From NCBI GenBank assembly GCA_015680685.1, contig MNCI01000738.1, positions 276,908 to 340,907 of the forward strand: 64,000 nt of DNA, given 5' to 3'. Shown here in pieces: positions 63,119 through 64,000 of the stretch. The notes beneath the pieces are model-generated. The model was given only the letters and a program-made list of their open reading frames with translations. It did not search any database and had not been told where the DNA came from. Source of the stretch: Gnetum montanum (taxonomy: Eukaryota > Plantae > Gnetophyta). A program made the position numbers and the translations under genes. Numbering within the stretch: the first letter of the stretch is position 1; each line of letters opens with the position of its first letter.

Positions 63119-64000
63119 AAGGATTAGAAAAATTTTCAAAATGAAACCCCTTAGGTGTTATATCTTTTAATTACCTATGACCTTCCATAGCTATCATTTT
63201 TTTGCTTGCTATGGCTTAAAATTGTTGGTATGGTCACTTAAGAAAATAAGTTTGATTGATTAATAATAAGGTTCTTATTATTTCTTATACTTACCCATTA
63301 TGGTATCTTTTGGGTGTTAAGAATTTTTGGCTCAAATTTTTACTTGTATTGTGCAATGTAACCTCCCCCACACTCCCCTCCCCATGACTAAGTTGAACAC
63401 TTCAAGATCAACAAGCTTTAAACATTTTAAAAATTAGAGCTATGGGGATGAGGTTATGGCCTTGGGAAGTTAGTGTGCAAGAGCTTTGAGGAAAATGAGT
63501 CAAATGTAATTTTTAGAAGATGTGAAGCTTGTCCAAAGGGTATTGGGCCATTAATGATGCATAGTTTTCAAGAATCTAGCATTGAAAGTTTATAAGGAAG
63601 GAATCTCAAGTAATGAAAGTTTATTGGATGGATAGGAGATGTGTTATGAATTTTAGGTGTATGGATAGCTTATTTGATGATATGGAAAGTATTTTTTGAG
63701 TCTTGATTATTTTAGAATGCATAGGATGATGTGAAATTTCTTGTCAAGTATGAAATATAAGAGTTATGCAAGTGGATCCTCCTCAAAGTAGGCTCCAACC
63801 CTTAGTGCCCTTGTATAACCACACCTAAAAGTGTCCCTAGATACTCAAGAAGTTGAATGTAAGACATATTTGTCTAGCAAAACACATAAATTAGTATTGC
63901 TAAATTAGAAAAATAACACTATATTATATAAAACCATAAAGTTACAATTAAATGGACAATGAGGTGAGATGGATTATAGAAGGGATTGCTAAAACTTGGA
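63119..64000 (-). mobile_element. Continuation of Athila-2 (non-coding region upstream of the accessory ORF)
   Basis: The reverse complement of 63763-63830 matches Athila-1 30900-30962, and ~63440-63460 matches Athila-1 ~31397-31418, in the expected order. Confidence 0.75.

Noticed and set aside
63111-63125. TSD for Tat-B (left flank GAGAG)
   Set aside because: The right flank gives only 3/5 matches (GAAAA or AAAAG) and the LTR terminus is eroded.

Overview
Plant-type, AT-rich, heavily C->T-decayed intergenic DNA made almost entirely of old nested transposons; I found no intact host gene. Left to right: (1) a minus-strand Ty3/Gypsy Tat element (Tat-A, 1..~12759, runs off the window) with order LTR-PBS(tRNA-Asn)-gag-PR-[~5.1 kb insert]-RT-RH-aRH. 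The insert holds an antisense, intron-containing ~1000-codon gene combining an FCP1/NIF-like HAD-phosphatase-like domain, a plant-mobile-domain-like region and a coiled-coil/acidic tail. This is the most unusual thing in the window. (2) A decayed SIRE-like copia 3' end. (3) A decayed RTE LINE starting with a twister-ribozyme remnant. (4) A full-length decayed Athila-like element (22484..35764, TSD AATAT). (5) A CACTA transposase remnant interrupted by a second, minus-strand Athila-like element. That element is interrupted by a plus-strand Tat element with PR-aRH-RT-RH-INT order (47643..~63118), whose 5' LTR carries an inverted solo LTR of a related family (TSD CTTAG). All domain calls come from reading motifs by eye, with no database search. 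The aRH-before-RT Tat element suggests a non-angiosperm vascular plant (inference).
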